A DNA stretch of 64,000 nucleotides. Origin: Eledone cirrhosa (lineage: Eukaryota). Where the stretch lies: NCBI GenBank assembly GCA_964016885.1, contig OZ024756.1, positions 12,338,001-12,402,000 of the forward strand, given 5' to 3'. A program made the translations under genes and the position numbers. The notes under the pieces are model-generated. The model saw only the letters and a list, made by a program, of their open reading frames with translations. It had not been told where the DNA came from and did not search any database. Within the stretch, counting starts at the first letter, position 1; each line of letters opens with the position of its first letter. Shown here one piece after another: positions 36,669 to 51,488 of this stretch.

Positions 36669-39600
36669 CTGAAATATGGGAAACAGGAGAGTTATACAGG
36701 GTAACCAAACATACATACACATAGGCTCACACTCGCATAAACATATAGACTCACATACATGCTGTCAGTAAAGTGAGAGTAGGAATGGACTTTAGTGAGG
36801 AATTCCAGATTCAAGTAGGAATACATCAGGGTTTGGTGCTCAGCCCGCTCTTGTTCATTATAGTTCTCCAAGCCATAACAAAGGAGTTTAAGATGGGCTG
36901 CCCATGGGAACTTCTCTATGTTAATGATGTGGTTCTTATAGCAGAATCAGTAGAGGAGCTAGAGAATAAATTCTGGCTATGGAAACAGCAGTTGGAAGCA
37001 AGAGGACTGAGAGTGAACATAGCAAAGACTAAAGTATTGATGAGTAGAAAAGAGGACAAAACTCTGATTCCGTCAAGGAAATGGCCATGTTTGATATGTA
37101 GGAAAGAAGCTGGCATAAATTCTATAAAATGTACACAATGCAGATCTTGAGTACACAAGAGATGTAGCGGGATAGCAGGCAAACTAACAGGTAGGGAGAA
37201 ATACATATGCAGTATATGTACAGGGAAATTAGACAGTAGAAGTCGCATTGATAGACACATTTTTGCAGGTAGGTTCCATAGAGGTGGTTTGGTAGCTTCC
37301 GATATCAAGGTGATCAGATTAGCAAGGGAGGAGAATGCTCCGAGGCAATAGTATCTAGAATAAGGACGGGTTGGAAGAAGTTTAGGGAGCTGCTTCCTCT
37401 GTTGTCAAAAAAGGGTTTCTCCCTATGAATGAAAGGTCGGTTATATGATGCCTGTGTGTGATGGGCGATGCTGCATGGTAGTGAGACAACGACTGGAGAG
37501 AAATGAAGCAAGCATGCTCCGCTGGATGTGTAATGTCAATGTGCGTGAACGACCCAGCATAGATGAGTTGAGAGAGAAACTGTGTATGAGAGGGATAAAA
37601 TGTAGTGTGCGGGAGAGAAGACTGAGATGGTATGGACATGTGATGTGCATGGAGTATGTCCGCTGGGTAAAGAAGTGCCAGGAAATGCCAGTAGAAGGAA
37701 GACACAATAGAGGAAGACCACGAAAATCATGGGCAGAGGTGGTGAGAACAGACCTCAGATCGCTGAATCTCACAGAGGAGATGACGAAGGGCCGTGACGA
37801 ATGGAAAGATGCTGTGCTGAATAGGACCCGCCCTACCCTTGCAAGCAGGGAAAAACGGACGTAAAATGATGATGATGATGCAAGGGTGGGATGGGTCCCA
37901 TTCAGCAATATAATATATATATATACACACACACATATATATATATATATTTACACACATATACGGTGATCATCTTTGCAGATGATTGCCGTCTCCCTAT
38001 GCACCCCATCACACTGAAAGATGTTCTTGAAGATGACACTGGGAGACCAGCCACGATGCTGAAAGATGTTCTTGAAGATGATACTGGGAGACCAGCCACG
38101 ATGCTGAAAGATGTTCTTGAAGATGACACTGGGAGACCAACCATCACACTGAAGGATGTTCTTGAAGATGACACTGGGAGACCAGCCATTTTGCTGAAGG
38201 ATGTTCTTGAAGATGACACGGAGACCAGCCACTATGCTGAAGGATGTTCTTGAAGATGACACTGGGAGACCAGCCACTATGCTGAAGGATGTTCTTGAAG
38301 ATGACACTGGGAGACCAGCCACTATGCTGAAAGATGTTCTTGAAGATGACACTGGGAGACCAGCCACTATGCTGAAAGATGTTCTTGAAGATGACACTGG
38401 GAGACCAACCACTATGCTGAAGGATGTTCTTGAAGATGACACTGGGAGACCAACCACTATGTTGAAAGATGTTCTTGAAGATGACACTGGGAGACCAACC
38501 ACTATGCTGAAGGGTGTTCTTGAAGATGACACTGGGAGACTAGCCACTATGCTGAAGGATGTTCTTGAAGATGACACTGGGAAACCAGCCACTATGCTGA
38601 AGGATGTTCTTGAAGATGACACTGGGAGACTAGCCACTATGCTGAAGGATGTTCTTGAAGATGACACTGGGAAACCAGCCACTATGCTGAAGGATGTTCT
38701 TGAAGATGACACTGGGAAACCAGCCACTATGCTGAAGGATGTTCTTGAAGATGACACTGGGAAACCAGCCACTATGCTGAAGGATGTTCTTGAAGATGAC
38801 ACTGGGAGACCAACCACTATGCTGAAGGATGTTCTTGAAGATGACACTGGGAGACCAACCACTATGCTGAAGGGTGTTCTTGAAGATGACACTGGGAGAC
38901 TAGCCACTATGCTGAAGGATGTTCTTGAAGATGACACTGGGAAACCAGCCACTATGCTGAAGGATGTTCTTGAAGATGACACTGGGAGACTAGCCACTAT
39001 GCTGAAGGATGTTCTTGAAGATGACACTGGGAGACTAGCCACTATGCTGAAGGATGTTCTTGAAGATGACACTGGGAGACCAGCCACTATGCTGAAGGAT
39101 GTTCTTGAAGATGACACTGGGAGACTAGCCACTATGCTGAAGGATGTTCTTGAAGATGACACTGGGAAACCAGCCACTATGCTGAAGGATGTTCTTGAAG
39201 ATGACACTGGGAGACTAGCCACTATGCTGAAGGATGTTCTTGAAGATGACACTGGGAAACCAGCCACTATGCTGAAAGATGTTCTTGAAGATGACACTGG
39301 GAGACCAGCCACTATGCTGAAGGATGTTCTTGAAGATGACACTGGGAGACCAGCCACTATGCTGAAGGATGTTCTTGAAGATGACACTGGGAGACCAACC
39401 ACTATGCTGAAGGATGTTCTTGAAGATGACACTGGGTTGGAGGGAGGGAAATTTAGACAGCAATGCTAGATGGGGTGAGCTGGAGGAGAAACTATGTCAT
39501 GGCACTGATAACAGATGTACAGAAGAAAAAGAAGACATAGAAACTACATAATACAAAGGCTGTGGCCTGAAGACATCCATCATCCTCCATACCAGTAATT

Positions 39601-42600
39601 AGTGTAGGTTGATGGTTGGTTTGCTAGGAGGGTTTAGATATATGAGTGTGATTTAACTTTTCTTTCAGTGTTGGTTAAATGAGGTTGAATATCGGAGTAG
39701 AGTTTATGTTGCTTGGGTTTACGGTTGACTTTGCTTTAACCCTTTAGCATTTAAACCAGCCATATCTGACCAGAATTCTCTCACCTCTTTCTGTTCAAAC
39801 TAACCATAACCAGCTGCTCATACTTATGTTAAGATATTGTTCTCAAAATAAATAATATCAAAATCTTGTAGGTTCGATATTATGTGAGATAATTATGTGA
39901 AATAAAGTGTTTTACAATGAAAATATACTAGTAAATATAGAGTAATGTAAATACTAGAAGGTTAATCTTAATGTATTTATGTTCAAGTTAAGGCAATTGA
40001 TGGTCATAGTTGCATATATACTCATGTATAAGTTACATCAACAGATAAGTCACCCTCCATTTTACAGAAAGACATTTATAATGTACCACATATTTTGAAC
40101 TGGGGTTTTGTATGTCAAGTAGAAAAGTTACCATTTTATATTCATTTATAATGTACCACTGTTTTCATAGCTTGGGCTCTGGCTGGGAATGGTGGATTAC
40201 AATTACTCCTGCGCACATGTTCCAAATGAATTTGTTGAGCAAATTACAAACGAGATCAAAATTCAGTGGATATCAATCTAAATCCTGATTATTATTATAT
40301 AGCGGTGGATTGGCAGTATTGGTAGAGGGTCGGACACCATGCTTTGACACAGAGTTACGGCCCTGGCCATTCTCAGTTCAAATCCCGCCGAGGTTGACTT
40401 TGCCTTTCATCCTTACGGGGGTCGATAAAATAAAGTACCAGTAATACACTGGGGTAATAGCTGGCCTTGTGCCAAAAGTAGAAACAGTTATTATATATTA
40501 TAAGGCGGTGGATTGGCAGTAACATTAAAGCATCGGACACCATGCTTCACAGCACAGGGTTATGGCCCTGTACATTCTGAGGTCAAATCCCGCCAAGGTT
40601 AGCTTTGCCTTTCATCCTTACGGGGTTGATAAAGTAAAGTACCAGTAATACACTGGGGTAATTATTATTATATATTATTATGCTTTGAAGCATAGAGTTA
40701 CGGCCCTTGCCATTCTGAGTTCAAATTCCGTCGAGGTTAACTTTGCCTTTCGTCTTTACAGGGTTGATAAAATAAAGTACCAGTAATGCACTGGGTATTT
40801 GCTGGCCTTGTGCCAAAAGTAGAAGCAATTTTATATTATTATTAAGGGCGGTGGATTGGCAGTATCGGTAGAGGGTCGGACACCATGCTTCACAGCATAG
40901 AGTTACGGCCCTTTCCATTCTGAGTTCAAATCCCGGCGAGGTTAACTTTGCCTTTCATCCTTACGGGGGTCGATAAAATAAAGTACCAGTAATACACTGG
41001 GGTAATTGCTGGCCTTGTGCCAAAAGTAGAAACAATTAATGCATGTGGAGAGATGCTGTGCTGAATAGGACCCGGCCAACCCTTGCAAGCTGGGAAAAGC
41101 GGACGGAAAATGATGATGTGGCAATCCAACATTTTTTAAATGCCACCACAGCCATATCAGTATGAAAATAACAGGTGATAATGATTACTACCACCAGCAC
41201 CACAACCACTACTACATCAGAGTCAATAAAGGAAGGTGTACTGACCTCATCAAAGTTGTCATCCCACTGTTCAGATGTTACAACAAAGTCCACTTTCCCA
41301 TTCATATAGTCTTCAAGTTCACTGAAAACAACAAAAAACAACATTAAGGCCTCTGTGATAATACTTCAACCCTAGTACCTTGTCCACCCTATCAGTTGCT
41401 AGTTTCAGGGTCACATTAACCCTAGTACCTTGTCCACCCTATCAGTTGCTAGTTTCAGGGTCACATTAACCCTAGTACCTTGTCCACCCTATCAGTTGCT
41501 AGTTTCAGGGTCACATTAACCCTAGTACCTTGTCCACCCTATCAGTTGCTAGTTTCAGGGTCACATTAACCCTAGTACCTGGTCCACTCTATCAGTTGCT
41601 AGTTTCAGGGTCACATTAACCCTAGTACCTTGTCCACTCTATCAGTTGCTAGTTTCAGGGTCACATTAACCCTAGTACCTTGTCCACCCTATCAGTTGCT
41701 AGTTTCAGGGTCACATTAACCCTAGTACCTTGTCCACCCTATCAGTTGCTAGTTTCAGGGTCACATTAACCCTAGTACCTTGTCCACCCTATCAGTTGCT
41801 AGTTTCAGGGTCACATTAACCCTAGTACCTGGTCCACTCTATCAGTTGCTAGTTTCAGGGTCACATTAACCCTAGTACCTTGTCCACTCTATCAGTTGCT
41901 AGTTTCAGGGTCACATTAACCCTAGTACCTTGTCCACTCTATCAGTTGCTAGTTTCAGGGTCACATTAACCCTAGTGCCTTGTCCACCCTATCAGTTGCT
42001 AGTTTCAGGGTCACATTAACCCTAGTACCTTGTCCACTCTATCAGTTGCTAGTTTCAGGGTCACATTAACCCTAGTACCTTGTCCACCCTATCAGTTGCT
42101 AGTTTCAGGGTCACATTAACCCTAGTACCTTGTCCATCCTATCAGTTGCTAGTTTCAGGGTCACATTAACCCTAGTACCTTGTCCATCCTATCAGTTGCT
42201 AGTTTCAGGGTCACATTAACCCTAGTACCTTGTCCACCCTATCAGTTGCTAGTTTCAGGGTCACATTAACCCTAGTACCTTGTCCATCCTATCAGTTGCT
42301 AGTTTCAGGGTCACATTAACCCTAGTACCTTGTCCATCCTATCAGTTGCTAGTTTCAGGGTCACATTAACCCTAGTACCTTGTCCATCCTATCAGTTGCT
42401 AGTTTCAGGGTCACATTAACCCTAGTACCTTGTCCATTCTATCAGTTGCTAGTTTCAGGGTCACATTAACCCTAGTACCTTGTCCACTCTATCAGTTGCT
42501 AGTTTCAGGGTCACATTAACCCTAGTACCTTGTCCATTCTATCAGTTGCTAGTTTCAGGGTCACATTAACCCTAGTACCTTGTCCATCCTATCAGTTGCT

Positions 42601-45600
42601 AGTTTCAGGGTCACATTAACCCTAGTGCCTTGTCCACTCTATCAGTTGCTAGTTTCAGGGTCACATTAACCCTAGTACCTTGTCCACTCTATCAGTTGCT
42701 AGTTTCAGGGTCACATTAACCCTAGTACCTTGTCCACTCTATCAGTTGCTAGTTTCAGGGTCACATTAACCCTAGTACCTTGTCCATTCTATCAGTTGCT
42801 AGTTTCAGGGTCACATTAACCCTAGTACCTTGTCCATTCTATCAGTTGCTAGTTTCAGGGTCACATTAACCCTAGTACCTTGTCCACCCTATCAGTTGCT
42901 AGTTTCAGGGTCACATTAACCCTAGTACCTTGTCCACCCTATCAGTTGCTAGTTTCAGGGTCACATTAACCCTAGTACCTTGTCCATTCTATCAGTTGCT
43001 AGTTTCAGGGTCACATTAACCCTAGTACCTTGTCCATCCTATCAGTTGCTAGTTTCAGGGTCACATTAACCCTAGTGCCTTGTCCACTCTATTAGTTGCT
43101 AGTTTCAGGGTCACATTAACCCTAGTACCTTGTCCACTCTATCAGTTGCTAGTTTCAGGGTCACATTAACCCTAGTACCTTGTCCACTCTATCAGTTGCT
43201 AGTTTCAGGGTCACATTAACCCTAGTGCCTTGTCCACTCTATCAGTTGCTAGTTTCAGGGTCACATTAACCCTAGTACCTTGTCCACTCTATCAGTTGCT
43301 AGTTTCAGGGTCACATTAACCCTAGTGCCTTGTCCACTCTATCAGTTGCTAGTTTCAGGGTCACATTAACCCTAGTACCTTGTCCACTCTATCAGTTGCT
43401 AGTTTCAGGGTCACATTAACCCTAGTACCTTGTCCACTCTATCAGTTGCTAGTTTCAGGGTCACATTAACCCTAGTACCTTGTCCATTCTATCAGTTGCT
43501 AGTTTCAGGGTCACATTAACCCTAGTACCTTGTTCATCCTATCAGTTGCTAGTTTCAGGGTCACATTAACCCTAGTACCTTGTCCACTCTATCAGTTGCT
43601 AGTTTCAGGGTCACATTAACCCTAGTACCTTGTCCACTCTATCAGTTGCTAGTTTCAGGGTCACATTAACCCTAGTACCTTGTCCACCCTATCAGTTGCT
43701 AGTTTCAGGGTCACATTAACCCTAGTACCTTGTCCATTCTATCAGTTGCTAGTTTCAGGGTCACATTAACCCTAGTACCTTGTCCACCCTATCAGTTGCT
43801 AGTTTCAGGGTCACATTAACCCTAGTACCTTGTCCACCCTATCAGTTGCTAGTTTCAGGGTCACATTAACCCTAGTACCTTGTCCATTCTATAAGTTGCT
43901 AGTTTCAGGGTCACATTAACCCTAGTACCTTGTCCATCCTATCAGTTGCTAGTTTCAGGGTCACATTAACCCTAGTGCCTTGTCCACTCTATTAGTTGCT
44001 AGTTTCAGGGTCACATTAACCCTAGTACCTTGTCCACTCTATCAGTTGCTAGTTTCAGGGTCACATTAACCCTAGTACCTTGTCCACTCTATCAGTTGCT
44101 AGTTTCAGGGTCACATTAACCCTAGTGCCTTGTCCACTCTATCAGTTGCTAGTTTCAGGGTCACATTAACCCTAGTACCTTGTCCACTCTATCAGTTGCT
44201 AGTTTCAGGGTCACATTAACCCTAGTGCCTTGTCCACTCTATCAGTTGCTAGTTTCAGGGTCACATTAACCCTAGTACCTTGTCCACTCTATCAGTTGCT
44301 AGTTTCAGGGTCACATTAACCCTAGTACCTTGTCCACTCTATCAGTTGCTAGTTTCAGGGTCACATTAACCCTAGTACCTTGTCCACTCTATCAGTTGCT
44401 AGTTTCAGGGTCACATTAACCCTAGTACCTTGTCCATTCTATCAGTTGCTAGTTTCAGGGTCACATTAACCCTAGTACCTTGTCCATCCTATCAGTTGCT
44501 AGTTTCAGGGTCACATTAACCCTAGTACCTTGTCCATTCTATCAGTTGCTAGTTTCAGGGTCACATTAACCCTAGTACCTTGTCCATTCTATCAGTTGCT
44601 AGTTTCAGGGTCACATTAACCCTAGTACCTTGTCCACTCTATTAGTTGCTAGTTTCAGGGTCACATTAACCCTAGTACCTTGTCCACTCTATCAGTTGCT
44701 AGTTTCAGGGTCACATTAACCCTAGTACCTTGTCCATTCTATCAGTTGCTAGTTTCAGGGTCACATTAACCCTAGTACCTTGTCCACTCTATCAGTTGCT
44801 AGTTTCAGGGTCACATTAACCCTAGTACCTTGTCCATTCTATCAGTTGCTAGTTTCAGGGTCACATTAACCCTAGTACCTTGTCCATTCTATCAGTTGCT
44901 AGTTTCAGGGTCACATTAACCCTAGAACCTTGTCCATTCTATCAGTTGCTAGTTTCAGGGTCACATTAACCCTAGTACCTTGTCCATCCTATCAGTTGCT
45001 AGTTTCAGGGTCACATTAACCCTAGTACCTTGTCCACCCTATCAGTTGCTAGTTTCAGGGTCACATTAACCCTAGTACCTTGTCCATCCTATCAGTTGCT
45101 AGTTTCAGGGTCACATTAACCCTAGTACCTTGTCCACCCTATCAGTTGCTAGTTTCAGGGTCACATTAACCCTAGTACCTGGTCCACTCTATCAGTTGCT
45201 AGTTTCAGGGTCACATTAACCCTAGTACCTTGTCCACTCTATCAGTTGCTAGTTTCAGGGTCACATTAACCCTAGTACCTTGTCCACTCTATCAGTTGCT
45301 AGTTTCAGGGTCACATTAACCCTAGTGCCTTGTCCACCCTATCAGTTGCTAGTTTCAGGGTCACATTAACCCTAGTACCTTGTCCACTCTATCAGTTGCT
45401 AGTTTCAGGGTCACATTAACCCTAGTACCTTGTCCACCCTATCAGTTGCTAGTTTCAGGGTCACATTAACCCTAGTACCTTGTCCATCCTATCAGTTGCT
45501 AGTTTCAGGGTCACATTAACCCTAGTACCTTGTCCATCCTATCAGTTGCTAGTTTCAGGGTCACATTAACCCTAGTACCTTGTCCACCCTATCAGTTGCT

Positions 45601-48600
45601 AGTTTCAGGGTCACATTAACCCTAGTACCTTGTCCATCCTATCAGTTGCTAGTTTCAGGGTCACATTAACCCTAGTACCTTGTCCATCCTATCAGTTGCT
45701 AGTTTCAGGGTCACATTAACCCTAGTACCTTGTCCATCCTATCAGTTGCTAGTTTCAGGGTCACATTAACCCTAGTACCTTGTCCATTCTATCAGTTGCT
45801 AGTTTCAGGGTCACATTAACCCTAGTACCTTGTCCACTCTATCAGTTGCTAGTTTCAGGGTCACATTAACCCTAGTACCTTGTCCATTCTATCAGTTGCT
45901 AGTTTCAGGGTCACATTAACCCTAGTACCTTGTCCATCCTATCAGTTGCTAGTTTCAGGGTCACATTAACCCTAGTGCCTTGTCCACTCTATCAGTTGCT
46001 AGTTTCAGGGTCACATTAACCCTAGTACCTTGTCCACTCTATCAGTTGCTAGTTTCAGGGTCACATTAACCCTAGTACCTTGTCCACTCTATCAGTTGCT
46101 AGTTTCAGGGTCACATTAACCCTAGTACCTTGTCCATTCTATCAGTTGCTAGTTTCAGGGTCACATTAACCCTAGTACCTTGTCCATTCTATCAGTTGCT
46201 AGTTTCAGGGTCACATTAACCCTAGTACCTTGTCCACCCTATCAGTTGCTAGTTTCAGGGTCACATTAACCCTAGTACCTTGTCCACCCTATCAGTTGCT
46301 AGTTTCAGGGTCACATTAACCCTAGTACCTTGTCCATTCTATCAGTTGCTAGTTTCAGGGTCACATTAACCCTAGTACCTTGTCCATCCTATCAGTTGCT
46401 AGTTTCAGGGTCACATTAACCCTAGTGCCTTGTCCACTCTATTAGTTGCTAGTTTCAGGGTCACATTAACCCTAGTACCTTGTCCACTCTATCAGTTGCT
46501 AGTTTCAGGGTCACATTAACCCTAGTACCTTGTCCACTCTATCAGTTGCTAGTTTCAGGGTCACATTAACCCTAGTGCCTTGTCCACTCTATCAGTTGCT
46601 AGTTTCAGGGTCACATTAACCCTAGTACCTTGTCCACTCTATCAGTTGCTAGTTTCAGGGTCACATTAACCCTAGTGCCTTGTCCACTCTATCAGTTGCT
46701 AGTTTCAGGGTCACATTAACCCTAGTACCTTGTCCACTCTATCAGTTGCTAGTTTCAGGGTCACATTAACCCTAGTACCTTGTCCACTCTATCAGTTGCT
46801 AGTTTCAGGGTCACATTAACCCTAGTACCTTGTCCATTCTATCAGTTGCTAGTTTCAGGGTCACATTAACCCTAGTACCTTGTTCATCCTATCAGTTGCT
46901 AGTTTCAGGGTCACATTAACCCTAGTACCTTGTCCACTCTATCAGTTGCTAGTTTCAGGGTCACATTAACCCTAGTACCTTGTCCACTCTATCAGTTGCT
47001 AGTTTCAGGGTCACATTAACCCTAGTACCTTGTCCACCCTATCAGTTGCTAGTTTCAGGGTCACATTAACCCTAGTACCTTGTCCATTCTATCAGTTGCT
47101 AGTTTCAGGGTCACATTAACCCTAGTACCTTGTCCACCCTATCAGTTGCTAGTTTCAGGGTCACATTAACCCTAGTACCTTGTCCACCCTATCAGTTGCT
47201 AGTTTCAGGGTCACATTAACCCTAGTACCTTGTCCATTCTATAAGTTGCTAGTTTCAGGGTCACATTAACCCTAGTACCTTGTCCATCCTATCAGTTGCT
47301 AGTTTCAGGGTCACATTAACCCTAGTGCCTTGTCCACTCTATTAGTTGCTAGTTTCAGGGTCACATTAACCCTAGTACCTTGTCCACTCTATCAGTTGCT
47401 AGTTTCAGGGTCACATTAACCCTAGTACCTTGTCCACTCTATCAGTTGCTAGTTTCAGGGTCACATTAACCCTAGTGCCTTGTCCACTCTATCAGTTGCT
47501 AGTTTCAGGGTCACATTAACCCTAGTACCTTGTCCACTCTATCAGTTGCTAGTTTCAGGGTCACATTAACCCTAGTGCCTTGTCCACTCTATCAGTTGCT
47601 AGTTTCAGGGTCACATTAACCCTAGTACCTTGTCCACTCTATCAGTTGCTAGTTTCAGGGTCACATTAACCCTAGTACCTTGTCCACTCTATCAGTTGCT
47701 AGTTTCAGGGTCACATTAACCCTAGTACCTTGTCCACTCTATCAGTTGCTAGTTTCAGGGTCACATTAACCCTAGTACCTTGTCCATTCTATCAGTTGCT
47801 AGTTTCAGGGTCACATTAACCCTAGTACCTTGTCCATCCTATCAGTTGCTAGTTTCAGGGTCACATTAACCCTAGTACCTTGTCCATTCTATCAGTTGCT
47901 AGTTTCAGGGTCACATTAACCCTAGTACCTTGTCCATTCTATCAGTTGCTAGTTTCAGGGTCACATTAACCCTAGTACCTTGTCCACTCTATTAGTTGCT
48001 AGTTTCAGGGTCACATTAACCCTAGTACCTTGTCCACTCTATCAGTTGCTAGTTTCAGGGTCACATTAACCCTAGTACCTTGTCCATTCTATCAGTTGCT
48101 AGTTTCAGGGTCACATTAACCCTAGTACCTTGTCCACTCTATCAGTTGCTAGTTTCAGGGTCACATTAACCCTAGTACCTTGTCCATTCTATCAGTTGCT
48201 AGTTTCAGGGTCACATTAACCCTAGTACCTTGTCCATTCTATCAGTTGCTAGTTTCAGGGTCACATTAACCCTAGAACCTTGTCCATTCTATCAGTTGCT
48301 AGTTTCAGGGTCACATTAACCCTAGTACCTTGTCCATCCTATCAGTTGCTAGTTTCAGGGTCACATTAACCCTAGTACCTTGTCCACCCTATCAGTTGCT
48401 AGTTTCAGGGTCACATTAACCCTAGTACCTTGTCCATCCTATCAGTTGCTAGTTTCAGGGTCACATTAACCCTAGTACCTTGTCCACTCTATCAGTTGCT
48501 AGTTTCAGGGTCACATTAACCCTAGTACCTTGTCCACTCTATCAGTTGCTAGTTTCAGGGTCACATTAACCCTAGTACCTTGTCCACCCTATCAGTTGCT

Positions 48601-51423
48601 AGTTTCAGGGTCACATTAACCCTAGTACCTTGTCCACTCTATCAGTTGCTAGTTTCAGGGTCACATTAACCCTAGTACCTTGTCCATTCTATCAGTTGCT
48701 AGTTTCAGGGTCACATTAACTCTAGTACCTTGTCCATTCTATCAGTTGCTAGTTTCAGGGTCACATTAACCCTAGTACCTGGTCCATTCTATCAGTTGCT
48801 AGTTTCAGGGTCACATTAACCCTAGTACCTGGTCCATTCTATCAGTTGCTAGTTTCAGGGTCACATCAACCCTAGTACCTTGTCCACTCTATCAGTTGCT
48901 AGTTTCAGGGTCACATTAACCCTAGTACCTTGTCCACCCTATCAGTTGCTAGTTTCAGGGTCACATTAACCCTAGTACCTTGTCCATCCTATCAGTTGCT
49001 AGTTTCAGGGTCACATTAACCCTAGTACCTTGTCCATCCTATCAGTTGCTAGTTTCAGGGTCACATTAACCCTAGTACCTTGTCCACCCTATCAGTTGCT
49101 AGTTTCAGGGTCACATTAACCCTAGTGCCTTGTCCACTCTATCAGTTGCTAGTTTCAGGGTCACATTAACCCTAGTACCTTGTCCATCCTATCAGTTGCT
49201 AGTTTCAGGGTCACATTAACCCTAGTACCTTGTCCACCCTATCAGTTGCTAGTTTCAGGGTCACATTAACCCTAGTACCTTGTCCACCCTATCAGTTGCT
49301 AGTTTCAGGGTCACATTAACCCTAGTACCTTGTCCACTCTATCAGTTGCTAGTTTCAGGGTCACATTAACCCTAGTACCTTGTCCACTCTATCAGTTGCT
49401 AGTTTCAGGGTCACATTAACCCTAGTACCTTGTCCACCCTATCAGTTGCTAGTTTCAGGGTCACATTAACCCTAGTACCTTGTCCACTCTATCAGTTGCT
49501 AGTTTAAGGGTCACATTAACCCTAGTACCTTGTCCATTCTATCAGTTGCTAGTTTCAGGGTCACATTAACTCTAGTACCTTGTCCATTCTATCAGTTGCT
49601 AGTTTCAGGGTCACATTAACCCTAGTACCTGGGCCATTCTATCAGTTGCTAGTTTCAGGGTCACATTAACCCTAGTACCTGGTCCATTCTATCAGTTGCT
49701 AGTTTCAGGGTCACATCAACCCTAGTACCTTGTCCACTCTATCAGTTGCTAGTTTCAGGGTCACATTAACCCTAGTACCTTGTCCACCCTATCAGTTGCT
49801 AGTTTCAGGGTCACATTAACCCTAGTACCTTGTCCATCCTATCAGTTGCTAGTTTTAGGGTCACATTAACCCTAGTACCTTGTCCATCCTATCAGTTGCT
49901 AGTTTCAGGGTCACATTAACCCTAGTACCTTGTCCACCCTATCAGTTGCTAGTTTCAGGGTCACATTAACCCTAGTTCCTTGTCCACTCTATCAGTTGCT
50001 AGTTTCAGGGTCACATTAACCCTAGTACCTTGTCCATCCTATCAGTTGCTAGTTTCAGGGTCACATTAACCCTAGTACCTTGTCCACCCTATCAGTTGCT
50101 AGTTTCAGGGTCACATTAACCCTAGTACCTTGTCCACCCTATCAGTTGCTAGTTTCAGGGTCACATTAACCCTAGTACCTTGTCCATTCTATCAGTTGCT
50201 AGTTTCAGGGTCACATTAACCCTAGTACCTTGTCCACTCTATCAGTTGCTAGTTTCAGGGTCACATTAACCCTAGTACCTTGTCCACTCTATCAGTTGCT
50301 AGTTTCAGGGTCACATTAACCCTAGTACCTTGTCCACCCTATCAGTTGCTAGTTTCAGGGTCACATTAACCCTAGTACCTTGTCCACTCTATCAGTTGCT
50401 AGTTTCAGGGTCACATTAACCCTAGTACCTGGTCCACTCTATCAGTTGCTAGTTTCAGGGTCACATTAACCCTAGTACCTTGTCCACTCTATCAGTTGCT
50501 AGTTTCAGGGTCACATTAACCCTAGTACCTGGTCCACTCTATCAGTTGCTAGTTTCAGGGTCACATTAACCCTAGTACCTGGTCCACTCTATCAGTTGCT
50601 AGTTTCAGGGTCACATTAACCCTAGTACCTTGTCCATCCTATCAGTTGCTAGTTTCAGGGTCACATTAACCCTAGTACCTTGTCCATCCTATCAGTTGCT
50701 AGTTTCAGGGTCACATTAACCCTAGTACCTTGTCCACTCTATCAGTTGCTAGTTTCAGGGTCACATTAACCCTAGTACCTTGTCCACTCTATTAGTTGCT
50801 AGTTTTACGGTGATGATAAGAAGCACCCAGTCCACACTGTAATGAGGGTAGAACTAGGAAGGGCAACCAGCCATAGAAACCAATCCAGAAACAATTTCAT
50901 ATGAGCAAGACACAGTCCCCAGAATCTGATTTGTCTCACAATATGACAACCCGTCTAAGCTATGCAAATGTGGAAAAATTGACATATGATGATGATGATG
51001 ATATATACATCATCATCATCATCATCATTTTATGTCCGCTTTTCCCTGCTTGCAAGGGAGGGACAGGAACTGATATATATATGTGTATATATATATAATT
51101 TGATTTTAGGTTTAATCAATACATATAAAATATGATATCATCATCATCATCACCGTTTTACGTCTGTTCTTCCATGCTAGCATGAGTTAGACGGGTTGTC
51201 CTGTTATGGGCAGTGTACGGTTGGCTGACCTCGTCTTGCTCATACGGGAACTGATTCTGGCTTGATTTCTACAGCTGGATGCCCTTCCTAACACCAACCT
51301 CATTTACAGTGAGTGCTGGGTGCACCATAAGTTGCACAATGCATATGCAAGTGATAAGTGCACCTAGGTATTGTTTAGCAGTGGAACGGGAGATCCTTTC
51401 TTCTGAACTAAACAACACACACA

Positions 51424-51488
<65 letters not shown>

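Noticed and set aside
41368-50805. CRISPR-like array or telomeric tract
   Set aside because: No unique spacers, eukaryotic context, and only one TAACCCTA per 50-bp unit.
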